From Candidatus Melainabacteria bacterium (GTDB lineage: Bacteria > Vulcanimicrobiota > JABDET01), in assembly GCA_013286945.1 (NCBI GenBank), contig JABDET010000001.1, positions 4,590 to 68,589 on the forward strand: a stretch of 64,000 nt of DNA, given 5' to 3'. Below, in pieces: positions 44,051 through 54,155 of the stretch. Within the stretch, counting starts at the first letter, position 1, and each line of letters opens with the position of its first letter. Both the position numbers and the translations under genes were made by a program. The notes under the pieces were generated by a model that did no database searches, was not told the origin of the DNA, and was given only the letters and a program-made list of their open reading frames with translations.

Positions 44051-44581
44051 CTAATGACTTCCGTAACGCTTAACGATGAATCGCTCCAATGCGACTCGTT
44101 CCCAAGGTGCGATCCCCGCTTTTTTCTTGGCGATATCCACCTGGAGCTTCGGGTGACTAATTCCTTCCAGCCTTGGAAGAAGGAGCCCTTGTTTTCCCTG
44201 GTAGGTCACGATGACCCCATACGTCTCCGTGTTTAACTCTCTGAGCGAGTGAATGCTTTCAGGTTTTCCAAGGACGTCAACTGAATACGAGAGTGTCCCG
44301 AGTTCTTCGGGAATGACCGGAGAAAATCGGGGATCCTTCGTGGCCGATGAGACCGCATTCTGAATGATTTCCAGGGCGACGGAGTCGGTTTGGGGTAAAA
44401 CAGTTCCGATGCATCCGCGAAGCTCCCCATTCTTTTTCAGGGTGACGAAAACGCCAGCTTTTTGCCGAAATTCTTCGGGAACTTCCGAAGGGGCTGGGAG
44501 AAATTCTTTGTGTGTGAGAAAATGTTGAATCGAAGCTTCAGCGAGTTTGACGGGAAATTCTTCGATGCTTTGAGAAATCAT
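44051..44581 (-). CDS. AMMECR1 domain protein (AmmeMemoRadiSam system protein A)
   Basis: LRGCIGT motif of AMMECR1. 176 aa. Overlaps the MEMO1 homolog by 4 nt. Confidence 0.85.
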   Translation of the reverse strand: MISQSIEEFPVKLAEASIQHFLTHKEFLPAPSEVPEEFRQKAGVFVTLKKNGELRGCIGTVLPQTDSVALEIIQNAVSSATKDPRFSPVIPEELGTLSYSVDVLGKPESIHSLRELNTETYGVIVTYQGKQGLLLPRLEGISHPKLQVDIAKKKAGIAPWERVALERFIVKRYGSH

Positions 44582-45432
44582 GTTTCCGCTCCATTTCTGG
44601 CTGGACTGTAAGCCACAACCCCGTATCCGACCCCAAAGGGACCTTCATAAGAAATGACTTCGGATTGATTTTTTAAATGATGGGTCGCACCCAACATCAT
44701 GAGAATGGGACGAAAGCCACATTCTCCAGCCCGCTCAATAAAGTCTTGATCGAGTTTCATGATTCCCTCTGCGTCTTGATTTTTGAGTAAGTCGATCATG
44801 CGCTGGTCAAATTCTTTTCCGATCGGATCATAGCCTGCCACCGATCCTGGAATAAGCCGATGGGAGAGATCACCACTGGCGACAACAGCCACACGAGATT
44901 TCTGGTTTTCGATCGCACTTCGAATGCAGCTTCCAAAATCAAAGAGTTGGCGAAATGGAAGTAAACCCATGCTAATCAAAACCAAGGGAACGTGGAGGCC
45001 GGCTTCATTAAAGTAATAAAGCGGGACCATGGTGGCATGATCAAGCGAACTCGGAATTCCATATTGCGCAAACGACTTTTGGCTTAAGTTGACGATCGGG
45101 ATTCCCTTGGCCCTTGCGCAATCATGGATTTGCAGGGCGAGTTCAGGGTAACCCTTGGCTTCGATGGCCACTTCTGGACACCCAAATTGCCCGAAATCTC
45201 CATGATACGACGGGACGGTGTAAATGGAAATCGCATCATGGAAAACAGGACCGTGTGGTGTGATCAAGACAAGAATCTCCGGCTTGGAATCTCGAAGTTT
45301 CTTTGAAAACTCTTGAAGGCCAAGCCGACTTTTAATGCATTTTTGGATCTCATCTTTTCCAATTTCGGGAACGAGAATTGGAGGGTGGGGTGAAAGCCCG
45401 CTAAACACGATCGTACTGGTTGGCATCTCCAT
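44578..45432 (-). CDS. MEMO1-family protein (AmmeMemoRadiSam system protein B)
   Basis: Start re-assigned to the internal Met (…AEAMEMPTSTIVFSGLSPHPPILVPE…). The called 95-aa upstream extension runs through the repeat element at 45598-45761. MEMO/extradiol-dioxygenase-like fold motifs (…ITPHGPV…, …ASGDLSHRL…). Confidence 0.8.
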   Translation of the reverse strand: MEMPTSTIVFSGLSPHPPILVPEIGKDEIQKCIKSRLGLQEFSKKLRDSKPEILVLITPHGPVFHDAISIYTVPSYHGDFGQFGCPEVAIEAKGYPELALQIHDCARAKGIPIVNLSQKSFAQYGIPSSLDHATMVPLYYFNEAGLHVPLVLISMGLLPFRQLFDFGSCIRSAIENQKSRVAVVASGDLSHRLIPGSVAGYDPIGKEFDQRMIDLLKNQDAEGIMKLDQDFIERAGECGFRPILMMLGATHHLKNQSEVISYEGPFGVGYGVVAYSPARNGAET

Positions 45433-45597
45433 AGCTTCGGCCCAAAAAGCGTGTCCCCTTCGGCACAAGTAATTCAGTTTCCCAATGAACACTCCGATCT
45501 TGTTGTTCTTGTCGGATGACCGAGCGGGAGGGGTCCGACGCGGTGAGTATTGCGCAACTTTGGATGAACAAGTGGAATCCATTGGCTCTGAAAAGGA

Positions 45598-45761
45598 GCG
45601 AGTGCGGGTTACCGACCGAGCGGATTCACTGCAGTCCGACCAAAAAATAATGGTGGGCCACAAATTCAGTAGGGACATGGATGTCCCGCGGACTGCAGTG
45701 GCTCGGAGAACGACCATGGATGGTCGTTCGAGAATCAGCGAGGGAGGTAACCCGCACTCGC
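45598..45761 (+). ncRNA. Structured RNA-like repeat element, copy 2 (core)
   Basis: About 92% identical to copy 1. The closing helix GCGAGTGCGGGTTACC (45598-45613) pairs with GGTAACCCGCACTCGC (45746-45761). Relative to copy 1, T to G at helix position 9 is compensated by A to C in the partner strand. The same CCGAGC[GGATT]CACTGCAGTCC / GGACTGCAGTGGCTCGG helix and the two TGGA-loop hairpins are present. A second small compensatory pair is GTGGGCCAC here versus GTGAGTCAC in copy 1. Flank similarity extends to 45519-45778, with a 25-nt insertion relative to copy 1. Confidence 0.5.
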
Positions 45762-45842
45762 GACCCCCTCAGGGCCAATGGTGAAAAAGAATTCAGCGGT
45801 CACACGACAAGGATGACAAGATCGCAATGTTCGTTGGGAGCT

Positions 45843-47834
45843 CTACAATAGTCTGACAGGGTCGATGTCGATCGTGAGGCGAACTTTGCGGTTTCCTTCT
45901 TTAGCATACCAGGTTTGGGTTTCTTTTCCGAGGCGCATGAGCTCTTCGACAGTTTTGGCTTTCAAGAGCAGGTGCCATCGAAAGTTCTTACTGATTTTTT
46001 CGATGGGACAAGGGGATGGCCCGAGGACAACCAGATCTTCGCTGGTAGACCTGCATTTCTCAATGAATTCGCGTAATGCGCCCGCTTGTTTCTCGACCGC
46101 TTCCTCTTCTTGACCGGTCAACACAAGATTGGTTAACGAGACAAACGGGGGATAGAGCGCTTTCCTTCGGGCTTCGATCTCTACTTCGTAAAATGCTTTA
46201 TAGTCTTGACTAGCGGCTGCTTGGATAGCCGGATGTTCAGGATCATACGTCTGAAGAATCACTCGTCCTTCTACTTCGCCCCTTCCAGCACGTCCCGACA
46301 CCTGAGTTAGAAGTTGGAAGGTGCGTTCTCCTGAACGAAAATCGGGAAAATGCAGCAGGTGATCCGCATGAATGATCCCCACTAAACTGACATTGGGGAA
46401 GTGGAATCCTTTGGTCACCATCTGCGTTCCAATCAGGATGTTGGCTTCTCCTTTCGAAAAAGCTTCGAGAACTGCTTTACTTCCTCCCCGCTTCGAAGCC
46501 ACGTCGCGATCTAGGCGCAATACACGAGCTTCGGGAACATTTTTTGTGAGGGTTTCTTCCAGACGCTGTGTCCCGAAACCCCGATACGTTAAGTGTTGAC
46601 TTTGGCAATCAGGACAAACCTCTGGAGGGGTCTTTCGGAAATCGCAATAGTGACACCACAGGATGTTTTTCGACAAGTGAAGCGTGAGTGAAATGCTGCA
46701 ATCAGGGCAATGAAAGGTGTAGCCACAATCCGAGCAAAGAACCAGGGGCGAGAATCCACGCCGATTGATAAACAAAATCACTTGCTGACCCTTTTTGATC
46801 GTTTCTTGAATCGCCTCAAGGAGCGTGAAGCTGAAAGGGCGAGGAGTCTTTCCCTTTTCCTCTTTCATGTCGACAATCGTAACGTGCGGGAGACTTCGGG
46901 ATTCAAAACGCGTTTTGAGTTCAAGTAACTTGATGTTCCCTTCTCTTCCCCTGTAATAACTTTCTAAGGAAGGGGTAGCGCTTCCCAGCAGAAGAACGGC
47001 TTTTTGCCGCTCCGCCAATTTTTCAGCCACCACAAAGGAATGGTAGCGCGGATGACTTTCCTGTTTGTAAGATGGGTCGTGTTCTTCATCCATGATAATC
47101 AAGCCAAGATTGTGAAAGGGAGCAAACAAAGACATTCGGGGTCCAATCACGATGGACACTTCTTCATGCTGGATTCTCGCTTGTTGCTCTCGGCGTTCCT
47201 TGTCGGTGAGGGCCGAGTGAAGGATGGCAACCTGATCGCCAAAGACTTCTTGGAACCGCTTCGCCAGGTGAAACGAGAGAGGAATTTCTGGAACGAGGAT
47301 GAGGACCTCTTTCCCTTGCTTGACCGCGGCTTTGGTGCAATCCAAGTAAACCTCTGTTTTTCCGCTCGAGGTGATTCCATGAAGGAGAAAGGTTTGAGAT
47401 TTTTCGACAAGCAGAGCCCTTTTGATCTCTGTTGACGCTTCTTCTTGTTCTTTTGTAAGGGAATTTGCTTGTTTTTGGGGGAGAATCAGATTTTGCTTTC
47501 GTTCATGTCCATTTGCAGGGAAGATGAAACTTCTCAATGCGTCCCAAGGGGGAGAAACATATCGGCTGACAAGCCAGGTTGAAAACGCGAGAACTTCGGA
47601 AGAGATCGGGGATGTTTTGGTGTTAATTGCAAGAATGGCTCGAGAGGGCCGATCGAAGTGTTCTAAAAACCCGACCACATAACCGGAAGCCGTGGCCTTC
47701 CTAAAAGGAACAAGAACCGGATCTCCAAGCGAAAGTTTTCCAAGAAGTGGAGGGGGAATGAGGTAAGTGAATGTTTGATCAAGATAAGTATCTCCGAAAG
47801 GGAGAAGGACATCAGCAAAGGGAGGGGGGCTCAT
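45843..47834 (-). CDS. priA: Primosomal protein N' (replication restart helicase PriA)
   Basis: Walker A (GITSSGKTEV). DEEH box (IIMDEEHD). Cys4-Cys4 zinc-binding insert (CSDCGY…CPDC…CHYC…CPDC). 663 aa. Confidence 0.95.
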   Translation of the reverse strand: MSPPPFADVLLPFGDTYLDQTFTYLIPPPLLGKLSLGDPVLVPFRKATASGYVVGFLEHFDRPSRAILAINTKTSPISSEVLAFSTWLVSRYVSPPWDALRSFIFPANGHERKQNLILPQKQANSLTKEQEEASTEIKRALLVEKSQTFLLHGITSSGKTEVYLDCTKAAVKQGKEVLILVPEIPLSFHLAKRFQEVFGDQVAILHSALTDKERREQQARIQHEEVSIVIGPRMSLFAPFHNLGLIIMDEEHDPSYKQESHPRYHSFVVAEKLAERQKAVLLLGSATPSLESYYRGREGNIKLLELKTRFESRSLPHVTIVDMKEEKGKTPRPFSFTLLEAIQETIKKGQQVILFINRRGFSPLVLCSDCGYTFHCPDCSISLTLHLSKNILWCHYCDFRKTPPEVCPDCQSQHLTYRGFGTQRLEETLTKNVPEARVLRLDRDVASKRGGSKAVLEAFSKGEANILIGTQMVTKGFHFPNVSLVGIIHADHLLHFPDFRSGERTFQLLTQVSGRAGRGEVEGRVILQTYDPEHPAIQAAASQDYKAFYEVEIEARRKALYPPFVSLTNLVLTGQEEEAVEKQAGALREFIEKCRSTSEDLVVLGPSPCPIEKISKNFRWHLLLKAKTVEELMRLGKETQTWYAKEGNRKVRLTIDIDPVRLL

Positions 47835-50800
47835 CGAGGTTTTTGTTTCTTCAAACGTTCAATCTCTTCCTGGATTGAGGTGAGCGCATCTGAGTTCAGG
47901 CTTTTTCTCTTAACGGTTTCAAGTTCCAACAGGGCTTCCTCAATTTTCCCCATGGCTTGGTAGGCTTTCGCCAAATCTTGATGGAGGTACCAATTCTCAG
48001 GGGAGAGTTCGATCCCTTTCTTAAATTGGCTCACTGCCTCGGTGTAATCCTTGGTCCGCATGAAAAGCATGCCAAGCTTCCCATGGTAAATCCCCTTCTT
48101 GTTTTTCTCAGAGTGCAAGGCTTGCTGATACGAGTGAATGGCTTCATGCAAATCTCCTTTTCGGGCGAACAGGTCTCCAAGAAGCCCGTGATAGGGCGCA
48201 TGTTCAGGCATGATCTGAGTGGCACGGGTCATCGCTTCGATGGCTCCCGGGTAATCCTGTGCTTGGGCCAACATTTCGGCTAAGTCGGCAAAAATTTCGG
48301 CATCTTCGGAAGACAAACGGGCCGCGTGCTCCAGATTTCCTTTTGAGGCTGACCGATCGCCAAGAATATACTGGGCTTTTCCAAGCAAATGAAATGCCTT
48401 CGCAAAAGTTGGGAGGAATTGCGTTGCTCGCGCCAGTTTTTCGGCGGCTTCTTTCACGTTACTGTTTTCAAGCAAACACTGGCCAAGATAGAAATAGTTT
48501 TTCCCAACAATTTGTTTCGTCCTCGCGGTGTTTGGTTTTGGCGCCAGTTCTAATGCCCTTTGAAAAGCGACGATGGCCTCCCTGTATTGCCCAAGACGAA
48601 GGAATCCTTTTCCAAGAAGGCTGTGCACCAAGTGCGAACGTGCTTCCAAGCTGAGTGCTTTTTGAAATTGGAAAATGGCCAGATGGACCAAATCTTGTTC
48701 TAAATAAACCCGTCCCAAAAGGGTTTGGGCTAAGTAGTCCCGAGGCGAGGCTTCAATGGCTTTTTGGTACTCTTTTCGTGCGAAATCAAACTTTCCTTTG
48801 CTCTCATAAATAACACCAAGCGCTTTTCGATAATCAACGTTTCGTGGGTCGAGGGTGATGGCTCGCTCCATTTCTCCCACGGCCTCTTCCAGGTCTTGTT
48901 CTGCATAATACACCATGCCAAGGTTTTCATGAAATTCAGGATTGTAAGGGTCAAGTTCGATAGCGGTCTTATACTCTCGAATCGAAAGTTGGGTTTGATC
49001 TTGCTTGTGATAGATTTGCCCAAGGCGTCCGTGGGCTTCCGGATCGCTCGGATCGAGTGCGACGGTCCATTCAAATTGCACCATGGCTTGATTGAGATCA
49101 TTTCGTTTAAGAAAAAGCCTTCCAAGCTCTTTGTGAAGCTCGGGATCGTTGGGGCTGAGATTAGCGGCTTTCTCAAGGTAAGTTAAAGCAGAGTCTTCTT
49201 CATTTCGTTTCAAGTAGAGTTGAGCGAGCTTAACATAGGTGTCCGGGTTGTCAGGCTCTACTTCCGCTGCCTTGGCTAGGTGTTCAACCGCTAAATCCAC
49301 TTGGTCTTGTTTTTCATGAAGCTGGCCCAATTGTGCGAGCGTCTCGCTATCCTTCGGGTTCACGGTTAACGCTTTTTCGTAGGCTTCAAGGGCTTGATTG
49401 TAGCGATTCGTGTTTTCGTAGATTTGTCCAAGAAGTCGAAGTGCTGTGGGATCTTTGGGATCAAGTGCCAACATTTTCTTCACCACTTCATGAGCTTCCT
49501 GAAATTGAGACAGGTGCATGAGGACAGAGATTAAGGATTTCAGGGCAATCCGATTTCCTGGATCAAACTCGATGGACTTGGACAAAGCGCGGCGTGCTTC
49601 TTCAAAGTGATTTAAACTTTCTTCAGCCTTTCCAAGCTTCAGCCAAAGCGTTGCTGAGGGGGTGTATTGAACGGCTTGCTGGTAGGCCTGCAGTGCTTCC
49701 AAATCATGAGAAAGCTCTCGCGCCGCATCTCCGAGCCCCTGCCACAAGATTCCGTTGTAGGGATCAAGCTCGGTCCCCTTTCGGAAGGTGGTTAGTGCTT
49801 CTCGATACCGCTGCAGTTGGAGACATGAAAGACCAGCATAGCGATACGCATCGACAAGCTTCGGATTTTTCTTGATCAAGCCTTGAAAGAAGCCCAAAGA
49901 TTCTTTGTATTGTCGCGCTTCGTACAGTTTGATGCCTTGGTCCAGCATGACTTCAGCAACCCCAATGCTTGAAGAAACCAAGGCATCACCACACTTGGAA
50001 CAGCTTGTGAGCCCCGGGTCATTCAGAGTTCCGCATTTGGCGCACGGAACTTGGCTCTTGTCGTGGTGCAAAGAAGCCAGAGCCTCGGCATTCTCCTCAT
50101 TTTCGTCGGCTAAAGCCGCCAGATCTTTTTGAATTCGTTCAACCACGAGGCGATATTTGACAAAGGAATCCTTGGTGAGATTTGAGCTTGAGGGTGGAAC
50201 TTCATGTGGAAGCAACGGTTCATCGGGTTCCATGATTTTCGTTGGAAGTTCAGCTGGCCCTAAGTCGTCCTTTTGAGCCGGACTAATGAGGTACTTTTCT
50301 TCCTCTTCTTCAAGGGCAATGGTTTCCTCCAAATCCTCCAGAAGTGTGCTCACGCTTTGATAACGGTCTTCAGGATTTTTTTCGAGAGTCTTTAAAATAA
50401 TTCTATCGAGTTTCTTGGGAATATTGGGATTCTTTTCCGATGGTACCGGTGGCCGAGTTGACAGGTGATGGGCCAACATTTCTGAAGGGGTATTGGCCTC
50501 AAACGGGAGCTCTCCGGTGAGAAATTCATAAAAGACAATGCCAAGTGAGTAAATGTCCGATCGAATATCTGCCTGATTTCCTTTGGACTGTTCTGGAGAA
50601 ATGTACGCAATCGTTCCGAGCACCGCACCCGCTTGGGTTACCGAATGTCGATCATCCATGACGGCAATGCCGAAATCCATGACTCTGATGTTTCCAGTTT
50701 CGAGGACCATGATGTTTTCGGGTTTCACATCCCGATGGATAACCTTTCGGTGATGCGCATAATCGAGGGCATTGGCAATTTGTTTAAACAGGTGAAGCGA

Positions 50801-51124
50801 AACATCGATATCAATTTCGGTTCGGGCTTCAATCCATTCGCGTAACGTCTGCCCTTCAAGGTATTCCATCACCATGTAATAAACCCCATTGTCCTCCCCA
50901 ACATCGAAAATCGGAATGATGTTCGGATGGTCAAGTTTTGCGGCGACTTTGGCTTCTCTTAAGAAGCGGCGAAGGGCCTCCTTGTTCTTAAGAAGCTTGG
51001 GAGGGAGTATCTTGACTGCAACCAGACGTTCGAGGCGAGGGTCTTCGGCTTTGTAGACAATGCCCATTCCCCCCCGACCTACTTCTTCCAATACGCGGTA
51101 ACGGCTGATAAAGACTGGGTTCAT
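47831..51124 (-). CDS. Serine/threonine protein kinase with long C-terminal TPR repeat array
   Basis: N-terminal Hanks-type kinase domain (GRGGMGIVYKA…VAVK…HRDVKPENIMV…DFGIA…SPE). A Cys-rich zinc-ribbon-like linker follows, then more than 15 TPR repeats. The stop overlaps the priA start by 4 nt. Confidence 0.9.
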   Translation of the reverse strand: MNPVFISRYRVLEEVGRGGMGIVYKAEDPRLERLVAVKILPPKLLKNKEALRRFLREAKVAAKLDHPNIIPIFDVGEDNGVYYMVMEYLEGQTLREWIEARTEIDIDVSLHLFKQIANALDYAHHRKVIHRDVKPENIMVLETGNIRVMDFGIAVMDDRHSVTQAGAVLGTIAYISPEQSKGNQADIRSDIYSLGIVFYEFLTGELPFEANTPSEMLAHHLSTRPPVPSEKNPNIPKKLDRIILKTLEKNPEDRYQSVSTLLEDLEETIALEEEEEKYLISPAQKDDLGPAELPTKIMEPDEPLLPHEVPPSSSNLTKDSFVKYRLVVERIQKDLAALADENEENAEALASLHHDKSQVPCAKCGTLNDPGLTSCSKCGDALVSSSIGVAEVMLDQGIKLYEARQYKESLGFFQGLIKKNPKLVDAYRYAGLSCLQLQRYREALTTFRKGTELDPYNGILWQGLGDAARELSHDLEALQAYQQAVQYTPSATLWLKLGKAEESLNHFEEARRALSKSIEFDPGNRIALKSLISVLMHLSQFQEAHEVVKKMLALDPKDPTALRLLGQIYENTNRYNQALEAYEKALTVNPKDSETLAQLGQLHEKQDQVDLAVEHLAKAAEVEPDNPDTYVKLAQLYLKRNEEDSALTYLEKAANLSPNDPELHKELGRLFLKRNDLNQAMVQFEWTVALDPSDPEAHGRLGQIYHKQDQTQLSIREYKTAIELDPYNPEFHENLGMVYYAEQDLEEAVGEMERAITLDPRNVDYRKALGVIYESKGKFDFARKEYQKAIEASPRDYLAQTLLGRVYLEQDLVHLAIFQFQKALSLEARSHLVHSLLGKGFLRLGQYREAIVAFQRALELAPKPNTARTKQIVGKNYFYLGQCLLENSNVKEAAEKLARATQFLPTFAKAFHLLGKAQYILGDRSASKGNLEHAARLSSEDAEIFADLAEMLAQAQDYPGAIEAMTRATQIMPEHAPYHGLLGDLFARKGDLHEAIHSYQQALHSEKNKKGIYHGKLGMLFMRTKDYTEAVSQFKKGIELSPENWYLHQDLAKAYQAMGKIEEALLELETVKRKSLNSDALTSIQEEIERLKKQKPR

Positions 51125-51216
51125 GATTCGCTACGTTCATTGTGGCATGACTTCGTCACTTGTAACTCATTCGCTCGCAAACCGCCCGCCAGCGGACGGT
51201 TTGCTCGCTCATTTCA

Positions 51217-51654
51217 TTATATCTGTTCAGGGGTTTGTTTGTCAACGGTGGGCTCTTTGGGCACGAAGTATTCTTTGACCTCTTTGTTAAACCAGCAAGC
51301 AAAAAGGAGAAGGGAAGCTACGGAAAGTGCAATTCCAAAGGGATCGATAAAGAATTGCAAGGCAGCCACAAGCGCTGGAGCATCGCTCCAAAAAGGGAAG
51401 CCCTGAGAGAAAAGATAGATAAAGGGGAAGAACAGGAAGCCCCCGGCGATAACCCAGAGATTGTACGACCACGCCCAAGGGCGTTTTGGAATAACAAAGC
51501 TAAACAAGGAGACTAAGAAGATAAGGGAAGGAACAAAAAAGTCGATGACCGGGTTGCCTCCGACCCCACTCGAGCGCTGGTATTGGGCGCCGGAGACATA
51601 GAAGTCAGACAAGGCAAAAAGCATGAGGAAAAAGGCATAAAGCCGATACCACAT
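51217..51654 (-). CDS. Hypothetical integral membrane protein
   Basis: Start re-assigned to the internal ATG (MWYRLYAFFLMLFAL…). The called upstream extension overlaps the enoyl-CoA hydratase gene. Four predicted TM helices. Confidence 0.5.
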   Translation of the reverse strand: MWYRLYAFFLMLFALSDFYVSGAQYQRSSGVGGNPVIDFFVPSLIFLVSLFSFVIPKRPWAWSYNLWVIAGGFLFFPFIYLFSQGFPFWSDAPALVAALQFFIDPFGIALSVASLLLFACWFNKEVKEYFVPKEPTVDKQTPEQI

Positions 51655-51679
51655 GAGGATTGTGGGGGTTTGCACAAGC

Positions 51680-52477
51680 CTACTTCCCTTTAAAATTGGC
51701 TTTTCGTTTCTCGGTATAAGCGGTGAGCCCTTCCTTGGCGTCTTGGCTCTCAAAGAGTTGCTGGAGCAGTTCGCGCTCAAGTGCCAGCCCTTCGGGGAAA
51801 GGACCATCCAATCCACCCACCACAGCGCGTTTGATGAGGCCAACCGCTTTCGAAGCTTTGTTGGGAGGCAAGAATTGTTTCGCATACTCTAACACTTTTG
51901 CCATGAAGTTCTCAGACTCGAAAACATGATTGACAAGCCCGAGTGAAAGGGCCTCTTCAAGGTTCTGGCTTTCCCCTTTGGCCATGAGTTCAAGTGCCTT
52001 AGCTCGACCAATGATCCTTGGAAGGCGCTGAGTGCCTCCTGTTCCTGGAAGAACTCCGAGGTTGACTTCCGGGAGTCCAATTTTTCCTCCACCCTTTTTT
52101 ACGATTCGAATGTCACAGGCCATCGCAAGTTCAAGACCCCCTCCCAAACAATGGCCATTGATGGCGGCAATCACCAGTTTCGGGGTGCTCTCAAGACGCA
52201 TGAATGTCTCGTTGGCGTGGAGAGCAAAATGATAGCGATACGCACTGCTTTTACCTTGGAGGACATTGATGTCTGCACCGGCGCAGAAAAACTTGTCTCC
52301 TTTTCCAGTGATAATGAACAGATGAACACTTTCGTCGAAACGTGCTTTCAGGATGGCTTCATCCAGCTCTCGTATTACCTCATGGTTATAAACATTGGCT
52401 GGAGGGTTGTTGAGCTCGAACAGGGCTATCCCGTTATCCACCTTGTAATCAATGAGTTGTGTTCTTGATTCAATCAT
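51680..52477 (-). CDS. Enoyl-CoA hydratase/isomerase family protein
   Basis: Crotonase fold motifs (…FCAGADI…, …AAINGHCLGGGLELAMACDIRI…). 265 aa. Confidence 0.9.
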   Translation of the reverse strand: MIESRTQLIDYKVDNGIALFELNNPPANVYNHEVIRELDEAILKARFDESVHLFIITGKGDKFFCAGADINVLQGKSSAYRYHFALHANETFMRLESTPKLVIAAINGHCLGGGLELAMACDIRIVKKGGGKIGLPEVNLGVLPGTGGTQRLPRIIGRAKALELMAKGESQNLEEALSLGLVNHVFESENFMAKVLEYAKQFLPPNKASKAVGLIKRAVVGGLDGPFPEGLALERELLQQLFESQDAKEGLTAYTEKRKANFKGK

Positions 52478-52497
52478 CGAATTTCCTCACTTTCCGC

Positions 52498-53934
52498 TCA
52501 GTCAGCGTTTACAACCACCGACCGGGTTTCAAGGTAATATTCCAATGCTTCAGCCCCATGCTCTTTTCCGTAGCCACTTTGCTTTAAGCCACCAAAGGGG
52601 AGTTCATCATACATGATCGGGAAAGAGTTGATCCAGGTGTAACCCGCTTGAAGCTTGGTGGCTCCTTTAGCGGCTTTTTGGAGATCTTTCGTCCAAATCG
52701 TTCCACCTAATCCAAACGGAGAATTGTTGGCTTTTTCTATGGCTTCATCAAAGCTTTTCACGGTGAAAACTGGGAGGGCTGGACCAAAACATTCTTCCGT
52801 GACAATCGTGGAACTCTCCGAAACTTCCACCAGAAGCGTTGGGGAATAAAAATGACCCTTGTCGTACTCAGGGCCCTTTAAGCGTTCGCCTCCGTGAAGA
52901 ACTTTGGCACCACGCTTTTTTGCATCTTCCACTTGGCTTTCCACTTTTTCTAATTGTGATTTGAGATGAAGGGGGCCCATTCGACTTTCGGGATTCAGTC
53001 CGTTTCCAGGTTTGAGTTTCTTTACTTTTTCAAGAAGTTTTTCGACGAATTTGTCGGCCACTTGTTCCATCACATAAACACGTTTGACCGCCAAACACGC
53101 TTGGCCACAGTTAAAGAAGCGACCCACCGAAGCGCCCGTGGCTGCCTTGTCCAGATCGGCGTCTTCACAAATAATCATCGGGTCACTTCCGCCAAGTTCG
53201 AGGGTAATGCGTTTTAGATCAGGGCCCGCGATCGACATGATTCGCTTTCCGGTTTCCGTTTGTCCGGTGAAGGAAACGCGCCGGACTTTTGGATGGCGAA
53301 TGAGTTCTTCACCCACGATTTCACCCGGACCGGTCACGATGTTGAGAACCCCTTCAGGAAATCCAGCTTTCCACATGAGCTCGATAATCTTGATTGCGGT
53401 TAAGCTCGTTGAGCTTGCGGGTTTCACCACCACGGTGTTTCCAGCAATCAGTGCAGGGGCAAGCTTGTTTCCCATGAGTGAAATCGGAAAATTCCATGGA
53501 ACGATGGCAGCGGTTACCCCGATCGGTTGTTTGATGACCCAGCCATGGCGCCCTTCGCCTACCGGATAGAAATAAGTTCCGCGGATATTCTTTGCAAGGC
53601 CCGCATAATATTCCAGGTCCCCGCAAAATTTTTGGATTTCGATGGCAGCTTCTTTAAGTGGTTTGCCTTGTTCTCTGGTCAGCAGTTCAGCTAATTCTTT
53701 TTCTTTGGAAAGGATAAGTTCGATCGCTTTCTTAACCAGCTTGATTTTCTCATCGGCGCTGGTGGTACTCCATTTTCCGAATGCTTTTTCGGCCGCTTCA
53801 ACGGCTCGATTCACATCTTCTTTAGACGCTTTTGGAACGGTGTCAACAGTCTCGCCTGTTGCCGGGTTCTTGACTTCGAGTGTTTCTCGGTTTTTCGATT
53901 CGACTTCTTCCCCTGCCACCAACATTTTTGCCAT
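52498..53934 (-). CDS. NAD(P)-dependent aldehyde dehydrogenase
   Basis: ALDH family signatures (…ELGGSDP…, …FFNCGQACLAVKRVYV…, catalytic Cys and Glu motifs). 478 aa. Confidence 0.95.
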   Translation of the reverse strand: MAKMLVAGEEVESKNRETLEVKNPATGETVDTVPKASKEDVNRAVEAAEKAFGKWSTTSADEKIKLVKKAIELILSKEKELAELLTREQGKPLKEAAIEIQKFCGDLEYYAGLAKNIRGTYFYPVGEGRHGWVIKQPIGVTAAIVPWNFPISLMGNKLAPALIAGNTVVVKPASSTSLTAIKIIELMWKAGFPEGVLNIVTGPGEIVGEELIRHPKVRRVSFTGQTETGKRIMSIAGPDLKRITLELGGSDPMIICEDADLDKAATGASVGRFFNCGQACLAVKRVYVMEQVADKFVEKLLEKVKKLKPGNGLNPESRMGPLHLKSQLEKVESQVEDAKKRGAKVLHGGERLKGPEYDKGHFYSPTLLVEVSESSTIVTEECFGPALPVFTVKSFDEAIEKANNSPFGLGGTIWTKDLQKAAKGATKLQAGYTWINSFPIMYDELPFGGLKQSGYGKEHGAEALEYYLETRSVVVNAD

Positions 53935-54012
53935 GTGACCCTCCTGATGTGTTATTGTCTTTGTCTCTAAACAGTTCTGCCGTTTGGGAAGGGTTCCTGT
54001 GTGATTTCAGGA

Positions 54013-54059
54013 CGAAATCATCCAGCGGTCACACGGATGTGATAAACCGCTGGATTCCT
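54013..54059. repeat. REP-like palindromic element, copy A
   Basis: Hairpin: ATCCAGCGGT (54019-54028), loop CACACGGATGTGATAA, then ACCGCTGGAT (54045-54054). Flanked by GAAATC and TCCTCT. A near-identical unit in inverse orientation lies at 57564-57611. Confidence 0.5.
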
Positions 54060-54103
54060 CTAATTCAACTCAAGAGGAAACGTTTGACCAGCCGGGGCAA
54101 ATT

Positions 54104-54135
54104 AAAAAGCACCTGAGTGAATCAGGTGCTTTATT
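54104..54135 (-). terminator. Rho-independent terminator (bidirectional-capable)
   Basis: AAAAA-GCACCTGA-GTGAA-TCAGGTGC-TTTATT. It lies 20 nt downstream of the stop of the minus-strand ORF 54156..54563. A T-tract is present on both strands. Confidence 0.6.
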
Positions 54136-54155
54136 AATGCATCAATTCGTCGCTG

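Noticed and set aside
45433-45717. N-terminal 95-aa extension of the MEMO1 ORF
   Set aside because: The extension runs through the intergenic structured element. MEMO1 homology begins at the internal Met.
51160-51210. Hairpin GCAAACCG-N12-CGGTTTGC downstream of the membrane-protein gene
   Set aside because: Imperfect, with no T-tract. Could be a weak terminator but is not distinctive enough to call.
51655-51885. N-terminal extension of the membrane-protein ORF 51217..51885
   Set aside because: It overlaps the 3' end of the enoyl-CoA hydratase gene. The hydrophobic protein begins at the internal Met.
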